From Octopus sinensis (lineage: Eukaryota): a DNA stretch of 64,000 nt. The DNA lies in the NCBI RefSeq assembly GCF_006345805.1, contig NC_042997.1, positions 174,778,001 through 174,842,000 on the forward strand, in the 5' to 3' direction. Below, piece after piece: positions 1 to 12,173 of the stretch. The position numbers and the translations under genes are program-made. The stretch's first letter is position 1. Each line of letters opens with the position of its first letter. The notes beneath the pieces were generated by a model, which was given only the letters and a program-made list of their open reading frames with translations, did not search any database and had not been told where the DNA came from.

Positions 1-417
1 CCTATTTCTTTACTACCCACAAGGGGCTGCACACAGAGAGAACAAACAAGGACAGACAAACGGATTAAGTCGATTAGATCGACCCCAGTACGTAACTGGT
101 ACTTATTTAATAGACCCCGAAAGGATGAAAGGCAGAATCGACCTCGGCGGAATTTGAACTCAGAACGTAACGACAGACGAAATACCTATTTCTTTACTAC
201 CCATAAGGGGCTGCACACAGAGAGGACAAACAAGGACAGACAAACGGATTAAGTCGATTATATCGACCTCAGTGCGTAACTGGTACTTATTTAATCGACC
301 CCGAAAGGATGAAAGGCAAAGTCGACCTCGGCGGAATTTGAACTCAAAACGTAGCGGCAGACGAAATACCGCTAAGCATTTCGCCCGGCGTGCTAACGAT
401 TCTACCACCTCGCCGCC
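1..417 (-). mobile_element. tRNA-derived SINE family A, two tandem ~184-bp internal units, runs off the window start
   Basis: Minus strand starts GGCGGCGAGGTGGTAGAATCGTTAGC (A-box-like) and has B-box-like GAGTTCAAATTCC in each unit. Unit 1-184 is repeated at 185-368. The family recurs about nine more times in the window. Confidence 0.85.
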
Positions 418-720
418 TTATATGTTTACTTCTAACGGAATCCTTAGGTAGAATCAGCACATGCGTAGTCTGTAACGAAGCTGGTCCTATGATTTACAGT
501 TACAGTTCATGCAAAGGGTTTCCACACAGTTTCCCGTCTACTCATTTTAATTCACACATTTTCTATCGATCTGATGCTATAATACATGAAGCTTGCCCTA
601 TATGTTACACAGTAACATCGAACCCGAGACTCCATGGCTGCGAATCGAAATTCCTTCCTTAACCACTAGACCCAACTTACGACCAACACAATCAAACATA
701 CTTTTGCACTACATATACAA

Positions 721-768
<48 letters not shown>

Positions 769-794
769 ACGTATATAATGTATATATATATATA

Positions 795-942
795 GTTAAT
801 CCAAACAAGAAAGCACAAAAAACACAACAACTCGAAGACGTGGAACAAATATAGTAGAAAGAAAGAAGGAGGGTTTAACGTTTCGAGCGGAGCTCTTCGT
901 CGGAAACATAGGAGAAGGGAAGACAGAGGAAAAAATTGCCAA
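795..942 (-). mobile_element. Short Penelope-type terminal-repeat fragment carrying a minimal hammerhead, inserted in (TA)n
   Basis: Homologous to 58217-58430; begins at a (TA)n edge; contains the hammerhead at 873-907. Confidence 0.65.
873..907 (-). ncRNA. Minimal type I hammerhead ribozyme motif (CCGACGA core variant)
   Basis: Minus strand GTTT-CCGACGA-A-GAGC-TCC-GCTC-GAAAC-GT-T-AAAC: stem I GTTT/AAAC, stem II GAGC/GCTC, loopless palindromic stem III ACGT, GUU cleavage triplet. Confidence 0.65.
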
Positions 943-1035
943 GGATAAGATCGTTAATTAAAAATTAAAATAACGATTTTATCAAGTGGTCAGCATAGAA
1001 AAAATAACCTTCAAAGGTTATGTGTGTGTGTGTGA

Positions 1036-1410
1036 GTGTGCTCACAGAGGTATGTGGTGGAAGAGCGTTAAAACTAAAGGTTGAAAGTAACTTCGAAGTT
1101 TTGGTTTATCCTTCGACAACCTGGCGAAGGCAACTAAACCAAAACTTCTAAGTTATTGTCATTCATTTCCTTGTAAAAATAATATATATATATATATAAA
1201 ATTATAAATTAGGGTATCTACGAGATACACCAGCATGTTGGTATCTCGTAGATACCCTAATTTATATTTTTATATATTATATATTATATATAATATATCT
1301 ATATATATATATAATATAAATTATAAATTAGGGTATCTACGAGATACCACCAGCATGTTGGTATCTCGTAGATACCCTAATTATAATTTTATATATATAT
1401 ATATATATTA

Positions 1411-1453
<43 letters not shown>

Positions 1454-1589
1454 TTTACAAGGAAATGAATGACAATAACTTAGAAGTTTTGGTTAGTTGC
1501 CTTCGCCAGGTTGTCGAAGGATAAACTAAAACTTCGAAGTTACTTTCAACCTTTAGTTTTAACGCTCTTCCACCACATACCTCTGTGAG

Positions 1590-1595
<6 letters not shown>
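1036..1595. repeat. Nested fold-back palindrome: ~145-bp inverted arms around two copies of a ~70-bp palindromic unit
   Basis: 1036-1181 is the reverse complement of 1451-1595. The inner unit TAGGGTATCTACGAGATAC...GTATCTCGTAGATACCCTA occurs at ~1197-1270 and ~1317-1390, separated by (TA)n. Confidence 0.9.
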
Positions 1596-1623
<28 letters not shown>

Positions 1624-1822
1624 CGCTCAGAGTAATTAGGATGTTCTCAGTAGTACTACTTCTGCTACGAACGGGAACATTCTATACATTTCTAAAAGAG
1701 AAAATTTATTCTGGGGATCGAATGGATCACTACAACACAGCGACAAGTGGTTTCATTCCTGGGTGGAAGGACTTAGCAAATCTATTTTATTCCAGTTATA
1801 CTAACACCAAGGTTGGATTGTG

Positions 1823-2241
1823 GGATCTTTTCGGTTTGACCGGCAGTTTTTTAAAAATAATTTCCACGTAACTAAACACTTTTAAACTTCGTATACTGGT
1901 AGAATGTGTTTATAAAACATCTTTTTCTCTTGGCTTTATTGAGAAAATTCTATAGTTTGTAAGATATTTGTTGTATTTTTTTCTTCAACTTCTGCAATTT
2001 CAACCAATCAATATCGTCTATTGAGGTGAAAACATTCTGTGCCGTATGAATATGTCCCTCGTTTAAGAAACAGATTGGGTTTATTTACATTTGTGAAGAA
2101 AAAAAGATACCCTTCACCCCACCCCTAACCCTAACCCTAAAACATATTGAAATGCAATAGATCGATACTAGGGTCATAATTATGGGTGACAATTTCATAT
2201 GACACCGCTAGAAAAAACTGCCGGTCAAACCGAAAAGATCC
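1823..2241. mobile_element. Non-autonomous DNA transposon (MITE) with 30-bp perfect TIRs and internal (CCCTAA)3
   Basis: TIR GGATCTTTTCGGTTTGACCGGCAGTTTTTT at 1823-1852, inverted at 2212-2241. Flanking direct repeat GATTGTG at 1816-1822 and 2242-2248. CCCTAA x3 at 2123-2140. Confidence 0.9.
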
Positions 2242-2500
2242 GATTGTGGATATACACTGAATATGCACTATATTGAGCAGCATAGAGATGTGTCTAATGT
2301 TCCTCCTCATATAACCATTACTGCTACTTCCTCTGCCAGTAGTTATGCATCTGGACTGATGCATCGTAGTGTGAAGTATTCAGCCAGAACTAATCCCTAC
2401 TAGTTTTCCTTTCCTTCATAGCTCCATATTTTTATAATTTCAGAGTTTAGCTTATCCAGCAAGGACCTCTTCTTGCTTTCAATATTTGGTTCCACAATAA

Positions 2501-2950
2501 GGCAGTGAGCTGATAAAATCGTTGGCACCCGGACAAAATGTTTAACGGCTTTTCTTCCGTCTTTACGTTCTCGCTTCAAATGCCCTCGAGATCGGCTTTG
2601 CCATTCATTCTTTCGGAGTCAATATAATGAATAGCAGTTAAACAAGGGGGTCAATGTAATTGACTTGCCCCCTCCCCAGAACTTGCTGGTCTTTCGCCAA
2701 AATTTGACACCAATATTTCGTTTTACAATAAGGCGGTAAACATGTAGAATCGTTACCGTAGAAAATATTTAGTTGTACGAAATGTTTAGCGGTATTTCTC
2801 CCGACTTTAAGTTCTGAGTTCAAATTCTGCCGGGGTCGACTTTAGCTTTCATCCTTTGAGGATCGATAAAAGAAGCACCAGTTAAGAACTATGATCGACG
2901 TAAACGACTTACCCAAAATTGCTGGCATTGTGCCGAAATTTGAAACCATT
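2501..2950 (+). mobile_element. Two degraded SINE family A copies
   Basis: Diverged matches to the family A head and core at ~2501-2630 and ~2730-2950, e.g. TTCTGAGTTCAAATTCTGCCGGGGTCGACTTTAGCTTTCATCC. Confidence 0.6.
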
Positions 2951-3049
2951 ATCTTGTTCTACACTTATATGCGTTTCGATGATAGCAATTAGCTCTGCAA
3001 AGAAGTAACAGAAATCTTTGCATACTGCCAGTCTCTGAGACACGGCCTC

Positions 3050-3101
3050 TCTCTTTCTGTCTCTTTCTTTCTTCCTTCCTCTCTTTCTTCTCTCTCTTTT
3101 T

Positions 3102-3133
<32 letters not shown>

Positions 3134-3297
3134 CTTTCCTCTCTTTCTTCTCTCTCTTTTTCTCTCTTTCTCTTTCTTTCTTCATTACTCTCTTTCTCTT
3201 TCTCTTTCTTTCTTTCTTCTTTACTCTCTTTCTTCTCTCTATTTTTCTCTCTCTCTTTCTTTCATTCTTCTTACCTATCTTTCTTCTCTCTCTCCAC
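3050..3297. repeat. Polypyrimidine (CT/CTTT) low-complexity tract
   Basis: Almost purely C/T on the plus strand; explains the K/R/E-rich spurious ORF 2949-3299. Confidence 0.9.
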
Positions 3298-3493
3298 ATA
3301 ATTATCAGGCAGACTCAGCGTAGTAAAGTGTGTGGCAAGAGTTGCCCTTTGTGTTATACGGACAGTTTATCTAACTAGTTTCCATACAGTCTTCATCAAC
3401 CCAGTGCCACTCAAAAGACGTTGACCGAGTCGAGACTAAAATGAAAAGATTACACACCCCTGCTTTGACGAAGCTGATTTGGCAATGGACGAT

Positions 3494-4067
3494 ATTCTTC
3501 TCTAATCTGGGAACAAGGCCCGAAATTTTAGGAAGGGGTCCAGTCGATTAGATCTACTCCAGTACGCAACTGGTACTTAATTTATTGACCCCGAAAGAAT
3601 GAAAGTCGACCTTGGTGGAATGTCAACTGAGAGCATAAAGGCAGAAGAAATACCTATTTCTTTACTACCCACAAGGGGCTAAACACAGAGAGGACAAACA
3701 AGGAGAGACAAAGGGTTTAAGTCGATTACATCGACCCCAGTGCGTAACTGGTACTTATTTAATCGATCTCGAAAGGATGAAAGGTAAAGTCGACCTCGGT
3801 GGAATTTGAACTCAGAACGTAGCGCCAGATAAAATACCTATTTCTTTACTGCCCACAAGGGGCTAAACACAGAGGGGTCAAACAAGAACAGACAAACAGA
3901 TTAAGTCGATTACATCGACCCCAGTGAGTAACTTGTACTTAATTTATCGACCCCGAAAGGATGAAAGGCAAAGTCGACCTCGGCGGAATTTGAACTCAGA
4001 ACGTAACGACAGACGAAATACGGCTACGCATTTCGCCCGCCGTGCTAATGTTTCTGCCAGCTCGCCG
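3494..4067 (-). mobile_element. SINE family A with three tandem internal units and 3' tail
   Basis: Head reverse complement ends at 4067. Units at ~3541-3655, ~3655-3838 and ~3838-4020. Confidence 0.85.
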
Positions 4068-4347
4068 ACTTAGAGAACGAAGTATTAAAATGTATTGAAA
4101 GGAAAGAGGAATAGGTTAACTACTAAGTTCTCTCCCTTTACATGACAAATAACTGATTATTCTTCATGGAAGGAAAGACTATATTCAAGTGCAGAGAAAA
4201 ATTGCTAATTTAGCTCCGTATTTGCTAATTTTGAGCATTTATTTTTCTTTTATTTTTTCATTTTTAATACTTTTTCTGCCCCACTTGCACAATCCGATAG
4301 TGTTACTATGTAGAATAAAAATTAACTTCTCAACACCATTTTTATCA

Positions 4348-4686
4348 GCGCAAGACTGGGTGTATGGTAAGAAGTTTACTTCCAAACCACATGGTTCAGG
4401 TTTCAGTCCCGTTGCATGGCACTCTTGGACAAGTGTCTTCTACTATAGCCTCGCCTCGGGCAACCCAAACCATTGTGAGTGGATTTAGCAGACAAAAACT
4501 GAAAGAAATCTGTCGTGTCCTTAAAAACTGATGTTGCCCTCGTAGCATAGCGGTTCGGCAAATAAGATCGAAAGAATAAGTACCAAGTTTTAAAACAATA
4601 ACGACTGGGATCGATTCGTTCGACTAAAATTCTTCAAGCCGGTACCCCAGCATGGCCGCAGTCTAATGACTGAAACAAGTAAAGGG
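4348..4686 (+). mobile_element. tRNA-derived SINE family D (CORE-like domain)
   Basis: tRNA-like head ...GGTTCAGGTTTCAGTCCC followed by CTTGGACAAGTGTCTTCTACTATAGCCTCG, which resembles the CORE motif CCTTGGGCAAGT; family tail ...ATGACTGAAACAAGTAAA. Confidence 0.75.
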
Positions 4687-4816
4687 TGAAATGTAACCAA
4701 AACACTATTTTACAAATTGGGATTCTATGCAGAATCAACACCCTTAAATCGTGAGATCACCAGCATCAAAAATTTCCTGTCTCTCCAAAGGCAATGGTAG
4801 GAGACATTTGCCTTAA

Positions 4817-5236
4817 GGCGGCGAGCTGGCAGAAACGTTAGCACGTCCGGGCGAAATGCGTAGCCGTATTTCGTCTGCCGTTAAGTTCTGAGTTCAAATT
4901 CCGCCGAGGGCGACTTTGCCTTTCATCCTTTCGGGGTCGATTAAATAAGTACCAATTACGCACTGGGCTCGATATAATCGACTTAATCCGTCTGTCTGTC
5001 CTTGTTTGTCCTCTCTGTGTTTATCCCCTTATGGGTAGTAAAGAAATGGGTATTTCGTCTGCCGCTACGTTCTGAGTTCAAATTCCGCCGAGGTCGACTT
5101 TGCCTTTCATCCTTTGAGGGGTCGATTAAATAAGTGCCAGTTACGCACTGGGGGTCGATCTAATCGACTTAATCCGTTTGTCTGTCCTTGTTTGTCCCCT
5201 CTGTGTGCAGCCCCTTGTGGACAGTAAAGAAATAAG
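4817..5236 (+). mobile_element. SINE family A with two tandem units
   Basis: Starts GGCGGCGAGCTGGCAGAAACGTTAGC; unit repeated at ~4866-5048 and ~5049-5236. Confidence 0.85.
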
Positions 5237-5865
5237 AAGACATTTGCCTAAGAGGCCAAGTACTGAAATCGAACTTGGGAACCGTGATATTGAAACGAAC
5301 TTCTTAATAACTTGGCCATATCCGCACACAAATTTGTGTATACTTACAAAAAAAGATCAACACACATTCACACATATCTTCTCATGTGTACTTACATACA
5401 TCTACCAACAAACATTGAAGACATGCAGAGAGACGAAAATGCTAACGATGTGACATGTAAATAGAGAGTAAGCCACTCAGATAGACAGAGGAAAAGGAGA
5501 GTACCTCGGTAATAAACATTAACATGTACACATACAACAACAAATAAGCTTATGCGTTTACTCATGCAAAAACAGAGAACATACATAATGCCACACATAC
5601 CAGTACACACATAGAGTACATGTGTCTTTACGTGGCTATAGAGAAGGACAGTCATTCTTCCTTTCCTTCTTTCGTTCTTTCTTTCTTTTTTCCATTCTTT
5701 CTTTCTTTCTCTCTCTCACTCTCTCATTCTCTCTCTTTCTACCTCTCTCTCCCTCTCTTTCTGTCTGTCTCTCTCTCTCTCACGCTTTATCTCCCTCTTT
5801 CTCTCTCGCTCTCTCTCCTCTCTTTATATCACTGAAAGCACATATACAAAAAAGAATGAATTAAG

Positions 5866-5897
<32 letters not shown>

Positions 5898-5988
5898 ATA
5901 AGTATATATCTATAATTATATATATATATATATGCAGTTGGTGTATATGTGTATGGATATTCATATGTGTATGAATATGTGGGGTGTG

Positions 5989-6026
<38 letters not shown>

Positions 6027-6579
6027 ATGTATATGTATATATATGTATATTTATGCGTATATACATACAAATGCACACCCACTCACACATGTCTATACAC
6101 ATTTTCACATGCAGTAGTATAGCTAGATGTACAGACACGATTTTCCATGAAAGCATATACACTTGCACACACGTATATAAACTCACGGTTGAATATATAT
6201 ATACACACACGCATATATATTACACACACATATATATATGCATATATATATATATATATATACATGCATACATACCCACACATATATGCACATGTCTTTC
6301 AAAAGAAAATCACACATATATATGCATATATGGAAACACACAATTGTCTTTAGACGCCTCCTCCATGCATACACACACATACGTACACACACATATAGGT
6401 ACATACATACCTAAAAACGTACATACACACGTACATATGACTGTTCGTGTACATATGTGCCTGCTATGATGTAGAAAGTCTTGTCTCTGTACGGTGTCCA
6501 CATTGTGCGCATATTAATATGTGTGTGTGTTTGTGTATGGGAGAAAAGCATGTGTGTATGCGTGTGTACATATAAATGT

Positions 6580-6630
<51 letters not shown>

Positions 6631-7249
6631 TACAAGCATACACATACAATACAAGAGCCCATACTGAAGAGTCATCAAAAGTTTACGCTAGTAAAGCCAT
6701 CATGCTCACACATATGCACATATGCACGACAATGGACACACACAAGCACACACACACACACAACACTCACACACACGCATACACACACACGCACACACAT
6801 TCATACACCCGGCCGCACGCACGCACGCACGCACGCACGCACACAATTATCTGAACACATGTATGTATAGAGAAAGTGTGAAGAGTCATCAAAACTTTCT
6901 GCCTACAAAACCATCCATCACGGAGCCAGTGACAGTTTGTGTCGATGCTTGAATGCCGAGATAGACTGGCTTGATCAACAGATAAAAAGACTTGTATGTG
7001 ATTTATAGACTCACATCAAACACTCTTTACAAAACAGAAAAGAGCATCGGGTGTAGGGTTCTCTATGTTTCACCCCTACCCATACAAGCACCAAGCACAC
7101 ATAAGCACCAAGCGCACATACGGACGCACATGCACACACACACACGCACAGACACGCTATCGTCCTAGACTTCCTCTCTCTCTCGTTCTCTCTCTCTATC
7201 TTAGTTTCTGTCTCCCTCTCTATCTAACTATCTCTTTTTCGTTCTATAA

Positions 7250-7816
7250 TAATGATGATTGTAGTGATGGACACGATGATCATGATCATGAAGATGATGG
7301 TTATCATCACCATGATCATCATCATCGTTATCATGACGACCACGAGAATCACATCATCATCATCATCATTGCAATCATCATCATCATCGTCAACATCATA
7401 ATCACCATCACCATCATTATATCATCATCGTCATCATCATCGTCATTATCATCATCATCGTCGTCATCATCATCATCGTCATCATTATCATCGTCATCGT
7501 CGTCGTCATCATCATCATCGTCATCATAATGATCATGATTAAGATGATGGACATGATAGTCACGCAGATGACAAACATTTATGACGACGACGACGACGAC
7601 GATGATGATGATGATGGTGATGACGATGATGACGATGATGATGATGACCATGATGATGATGATGATCATCATCATCATCATGCTTTGACGATAATGATGA
7701 TTGTGCTAGTTGAGGTCGGAGTGATGCAAAAGATGATGCAGCTGAACGATGATGTTGATGATGGGGATGGCCGTGGTGATGATGGTGATATTATTATTAG
7801 TAGCAGCAGCAGTAGT

Positions 7817-7849
<33 letters not shown>

Positions 7850-7876
7850 TAGTAGTAGTCGTAGTAGTTGCATCAT

Positions 7877-7964
<88 letters not shown>

Positions 7965-7965
7965 T
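7250..7965. repeat. Compound trinucleotide microsatellite (ATC/GAT/TAG/CAG)
   Basis: ATC-rich block followed by a GAT-rich block, then (TAG)n, (CAT)n, (CAG)n, (TAG)n. Source of the poly-S/D/H/Y ORFs. Confidence 0.9.
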
Positions 7966-8390
7966 ATCTCTGAATTGAAAGACGCATTTTCTATTGGATA
8001 GCGATGCCCTACGTTTGCCATAGTCAACCGTTCTAAGCCACCATATTTGATGGCATATAATACACTCTTTTTTCCTCAAATATATCTTTAAAAATATCAC
8101 TCCGAGTCCTAAATGCAGTGTTGGGTTTCCTGTAAGCTTTAATGCACTAAAAATATTTCTATTCTGAAGATGCGCAGCCGAAGTTGAGGTTCATCTAATG
8201 TGACCAACCGCCTTTTATGCCATCAAGTACGGTGGCATAACCAATAGTAGCCTATTGGGTACTTTTCGATCTATTCATTGCCGCGAGCGACGATACTAGC
8301 CAATTTAGATAGGAATTTGAATGCGCTCATTTTGAAAAGCTAATCCGTTACGGTTTATATACATACATACATGTATGTATGTATATATAT

Positions 8391-8796
8391 ACTCTTTTAC
8401 TTGTTTCAGTCATTTGACTGCGGCCATGCTGGAGCACCGCCTTTGGTCGAGCAAATCGACCCAGGGACTTATTCTTTGTAAGCCCAGTACTTATTCTATC
8501 GGTCTCTTTTGCCGAACCGCTAAGTTATGGGACGGTAAACACACAGCATCGGTTGTCAAACAATGCTAGGGGGACAAAACACAGACACACAAAAAAATAT
8601 ACACACACCGCTTATATATAATAGAATCATATATACGACAGGCTTCTTTCAGTTTCCGTCTACCACATCCACTCACAAGGGCATTGGTCGACCCAGGCTA
8701 TAGCAGAAGACACTGCCCAAGATGATGCCACGCAGGGGCTGAACCGGAACCAAGTGGTTGGTAAGCAAGCTACTTACCACACAGCCACTCGCGCCT
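8391..8796 (-). mobile_element. SINE family D, full length
   Basis: Tail (reverse complement) at 8391-8580, central CA/TA microsatellite, head ending ...CACACAGCCACTCGCGCC. Confidence 0.85.
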
Positions 8797-8822
8797 ATAT
8801 TATCTAATATATATATCATTAT

Positions 8823-8867
<45 letters not shown>

Positions 8868-8870
<3 letters not shown>

Positions 8871-9054
8871 GCCATGATAGATCGGTAGCCACTACACACA
8901 TTTTTTCTCTCTCCTTGTTTTTCTCGGTGTCCCTTTCTGTAGAAGAGCGTAGGCTCGAAACGTCAAATACTTTTTCTATTCCTGAGAGTTATACTAATAC
9001 ATGTTGTTTTCTACCCCACCTGCCTTTGTCTTTTGTTTTTTTCGTGAACTCTCC
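8868..9054 (+). mobile_element. Penelope-type terminal-repeat fragment with a degenerate minimal hammerhead (8934-8967)
   Basis: TTT-CTGTAGA-A-GAGC-GTAG-GCTC-GAAAC-GT-C-AAA: same architecture as 873-907, but the core reads CTGTAGA instead of CTGATGA. Sits in a (TA)n/(CA)n context. Confidence 0.55.
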
Positions 9055-9150
9055 TACACACACACACACCACCACACACACACACAGCACCACCCACACA
9101 CACACATATATATATCTATATATATTATATATATTATATAAATATATATA

Positions 9151-9978
9151 TAAGAATGAATGTTTTTATATATATGAACGTGAAATACAGGAAGGACGAA
9201 CACGGAACACAGACAAATCATTCGAAGCCTTCAATCTTCAGTCAGACACCGAATCATCATAGCAATTTCGGCTGTTCAATTCTGATATTTGCTCCAACTC
9301 GGCCAGCCCCAAGAAAAAACTACTGTAAGCATTAGATTTCTTGGTAGAAGACAGGAATGTGAACGCACAAGACGGATGTAAATACAAGAGACGAAAACGA
9401 AATTGAAAACAGTAATTAATAAACAAAAATATATATAACGGTGGTTGTCATACGACTTTAGACCAATGAGACGAAACAACACAACAACAGAGCTGGCGTA
9501 GAAATAATTACCGTTTTCGGTAAGCGGGGACACATGTTGGTCGAGATACTAAGGCCAACCAATGGTTTAAGAAACAGCAGGTGTCTCATGGAGAGAGAAA
9601 AGAGACAGAGAGAGAGGGAATCAAAGAGGGTGGAAAGGCAGGGGCAGAATCCAGTGACCAGAGAAAAGGAGAAAGAAGGGATTAAGGAGGAGGGAGGAAG
9701 AGGGGAGTGAGGATGGAGGAATAGAGGGGAAAGAATCGGAGGGCCAAAAAGTTTTGGGGTGAAGAAGCCATTGCGGGTAGGAAAGACAGTGTGTATAGAT
9801 CGTAGCATTTGTTCAAATTGGACAAAAAGGGGGGGGGGTGTACCGTAAACGCCGCAATAATATAAGACTGAATGTTTTCTATATATGAACGTGAAATACA
9901 GGAAGGGACGAACACGGAACACGACAAATCATCGAAGCCTTCATCTTCTTCAGTCAGACACCGGGAATCATCATAGCA
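9151..9978 (-). mobile_element. Probable Penelope-like remnant with ~115-bp direct terminal repeats
   Basis: 9151-9264 is repeated at 9863-9978. The interior minus-strand peptide QFEQMLRSIHTVFPTRNGF loosely resembles a PLE endonuclease C-terminus. Same family as 33015-33445 and 41159-41385. Confidence 0.45.
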
Positions 9979-10073
9979 TGCTTCCTGATGATTTCCTTTT
10001 GAATGAAACAGTTCTATGTCCTGTAGAAGCTCCTTCTATAAATAAATATATATATATATATATTATATAATAT

Positions 10074-10110
<37 letters not shown>

Positions 10111-10189
10111 TACATATATATTATACATATATATAAAAATATAATATACATACTATATAATAATACATTATATATATATATATATTACA

Positions 10190-10553
10190 CATGGAAGCAC
10201 TCGTCGGTTACGACGACGAGGGTTTCCGTTGATCCGATCAACGGAACAGCCTGCTCGTGAAATTAACGTGTAAGTGGCTGAGCACTTCCAGACACTGTAA
10301 CCCTAACGTATTTCTCGGGATATCAGCGTGACACGAGATTGACAAGGCCGGCCCTTTGAAATACAGGTACAACAGAAACAGGAAGTAGAGTGAGAGAAGT
10401 TGTGGTGAAGAGTACAGCAGGATCACCACCATCCCTGCCGGAGCCTCGTGGACCTTTAGTGTTTTCGTTCAATAAACACTCACTAACACCCAGTCTGGGA
10501 ATCGAAACCGCGATCCTACGACCGCGAGTTCCGCTGCCCTAACCACTGGGCCA
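10190..10553 (-). mobile_element. tRNA-derived SINE family C
   Basis: Minus-strand head TGGCCCAGTGGTTAGGGCAGCGGAACTCGCGGTCGTAGGATCGCGGTTTCGATTCCC; tail ...CTCGTCGTCGTAACCGACG. Confidence 0.85.
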
Positions 10554-10976
10554 TACACATACATATATATTATAATACTACACATACATATACATATCTA
10601 TATATATATATATATACTATTATATATATGTTTGTATGTATGTATGTACATGCATGTATCGGAGGGGGCTATATAAATATATGCTTGCTGTGGGGAGGCT
10701 CACTCCCTTGTCATTGAATAGAAAATGATCTGTTCATGGCTAAGACTTCTCTTGACTCTTATTTCTAGCAACGTTGCTGGTGACTTGCACACTTAGTCAC
10801 TTTTAGTGATGATTGTATTCGCATCTTTTGGTTTTAAATTGTGTCAAGCTACCTTAATAATAATATTATAGACATATGTTTATAAATATATATGTATGTA
10901 TATGTGTGTGTATGTATGTGTATATATATATATTTATGTGTGTGTGTGTGAGTGTGTGTTTATATATATATATATA

Positions 10977-12173
10977 TTAGGTTGACCGGAAAGTTCTGGG
11001 CGTTTTTAAGCTAAATCTTTTAACGCTTCATTGAACATACCTGAAACATAACAGCTAAAACTTAGGCGTTGCTTGAAGTAGTTGTGCATCTCGTGTTTGT
11101 TCCTCACTGAAAATAGATTTATCTTTCATTCTGATTACCCTTTATTGACATTTGAAATGGATAACCAAACATTTCATACTCGCGTTGCAACGCTTTCCTT
11201 TTTTACAAAAAGATAAAATGCTTGAAAGACGTGCTAAAACGTTTGTGAAGTATACAGTGATGATGCTGTAGGTAAATCAACTGTTCGAAGGTGGTTTGCA
11301 AAATTTAAAGCTAGAGAGTTTAACTCGGAAGATGACAGTCGCAGTGGAAGATCTTCAAAATTGGATGAAGATGTTTTGATGGCAAAAATCGGAGAAAACT
11401 TAAATATCAAGACTAGAGAATTTGCAGAGGTGTTGGAAGTTTCTAAAAGTACGGCTCAGGAACACCTAGTGAGGTTAGGATACATTTCTCGCTATAACAT
11501 ATGGATCCCTCATAATCTGTCAGAAAAGAATTGCTTGGACTGGTATTCCGTTTGTGATATGCTTTTGAAATGGAATGAAAGCATAACTTTTTGAAACAAG
11601 TTGTGACTAGAAGTGAAAAATGGATTTTGTAAAACATCGTGCGAAAAATATCGTGGAGTTTCCGTAAGGAACTCTCAAAACAGAAACCAAAGACGAAAAC
11701 CATGCCAAAATAGCTATGCTTTGTGTTTAATGAGCTTCTATCACAAAACCAGACTATTAATTTTAATGTGTACTATCGTCAGCTAGCTAATTTGAACCAA
11801 AAAATAAAAATTTTGAGGCCGGAGATTGCCAACAGGCAAGGGGTATTGTTCCAACAAGACAATATTCGATCACATGTGTCTTTGGTTACCCGAACAAAGT
11901 TGCATCAAAACTTGACTGAGATCTCTTACCCCATCCACTATATTTTCCTGATATTGCGTAATCCGGCTACGACTTGTTTTTGTCTCTACAGGGCTAATTG
12001 CAAGGGTCAAAACCAGTCAAATTTTATGCTGATGGAATATTTAAATAGCCTGATAGATGGGCAAAGATCATGAACAGTAATGGAACTTATTTCATTGAAT
12101 AAAATTTATTGAAAGGTCAATTATTTATGTCCCATTTTGCAAATTAAAAACGCTCAGAACTTTCTGGACAACG

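Noticed and set aside
2123-2140. Telomere or interstitial telomeric fusion site
   Set aside because: Only three repeats, and they lie inside a TIR-bounded MITE.
5824-6952. Many long ORFs of YI/HT/CV/MYVC repeats here and across the window
   Set aside because: They are translations of (TA)n, (CA)n, (TATG)n and similar microsatellites, which lack stop codons in some frames.
9975-10018. CTGATGA...GAAACAGTT hammerhead-like motif
   Set aside because: Stem I cannot form adjacent to the core (8-nt offset) and stem II is only 3 bp.
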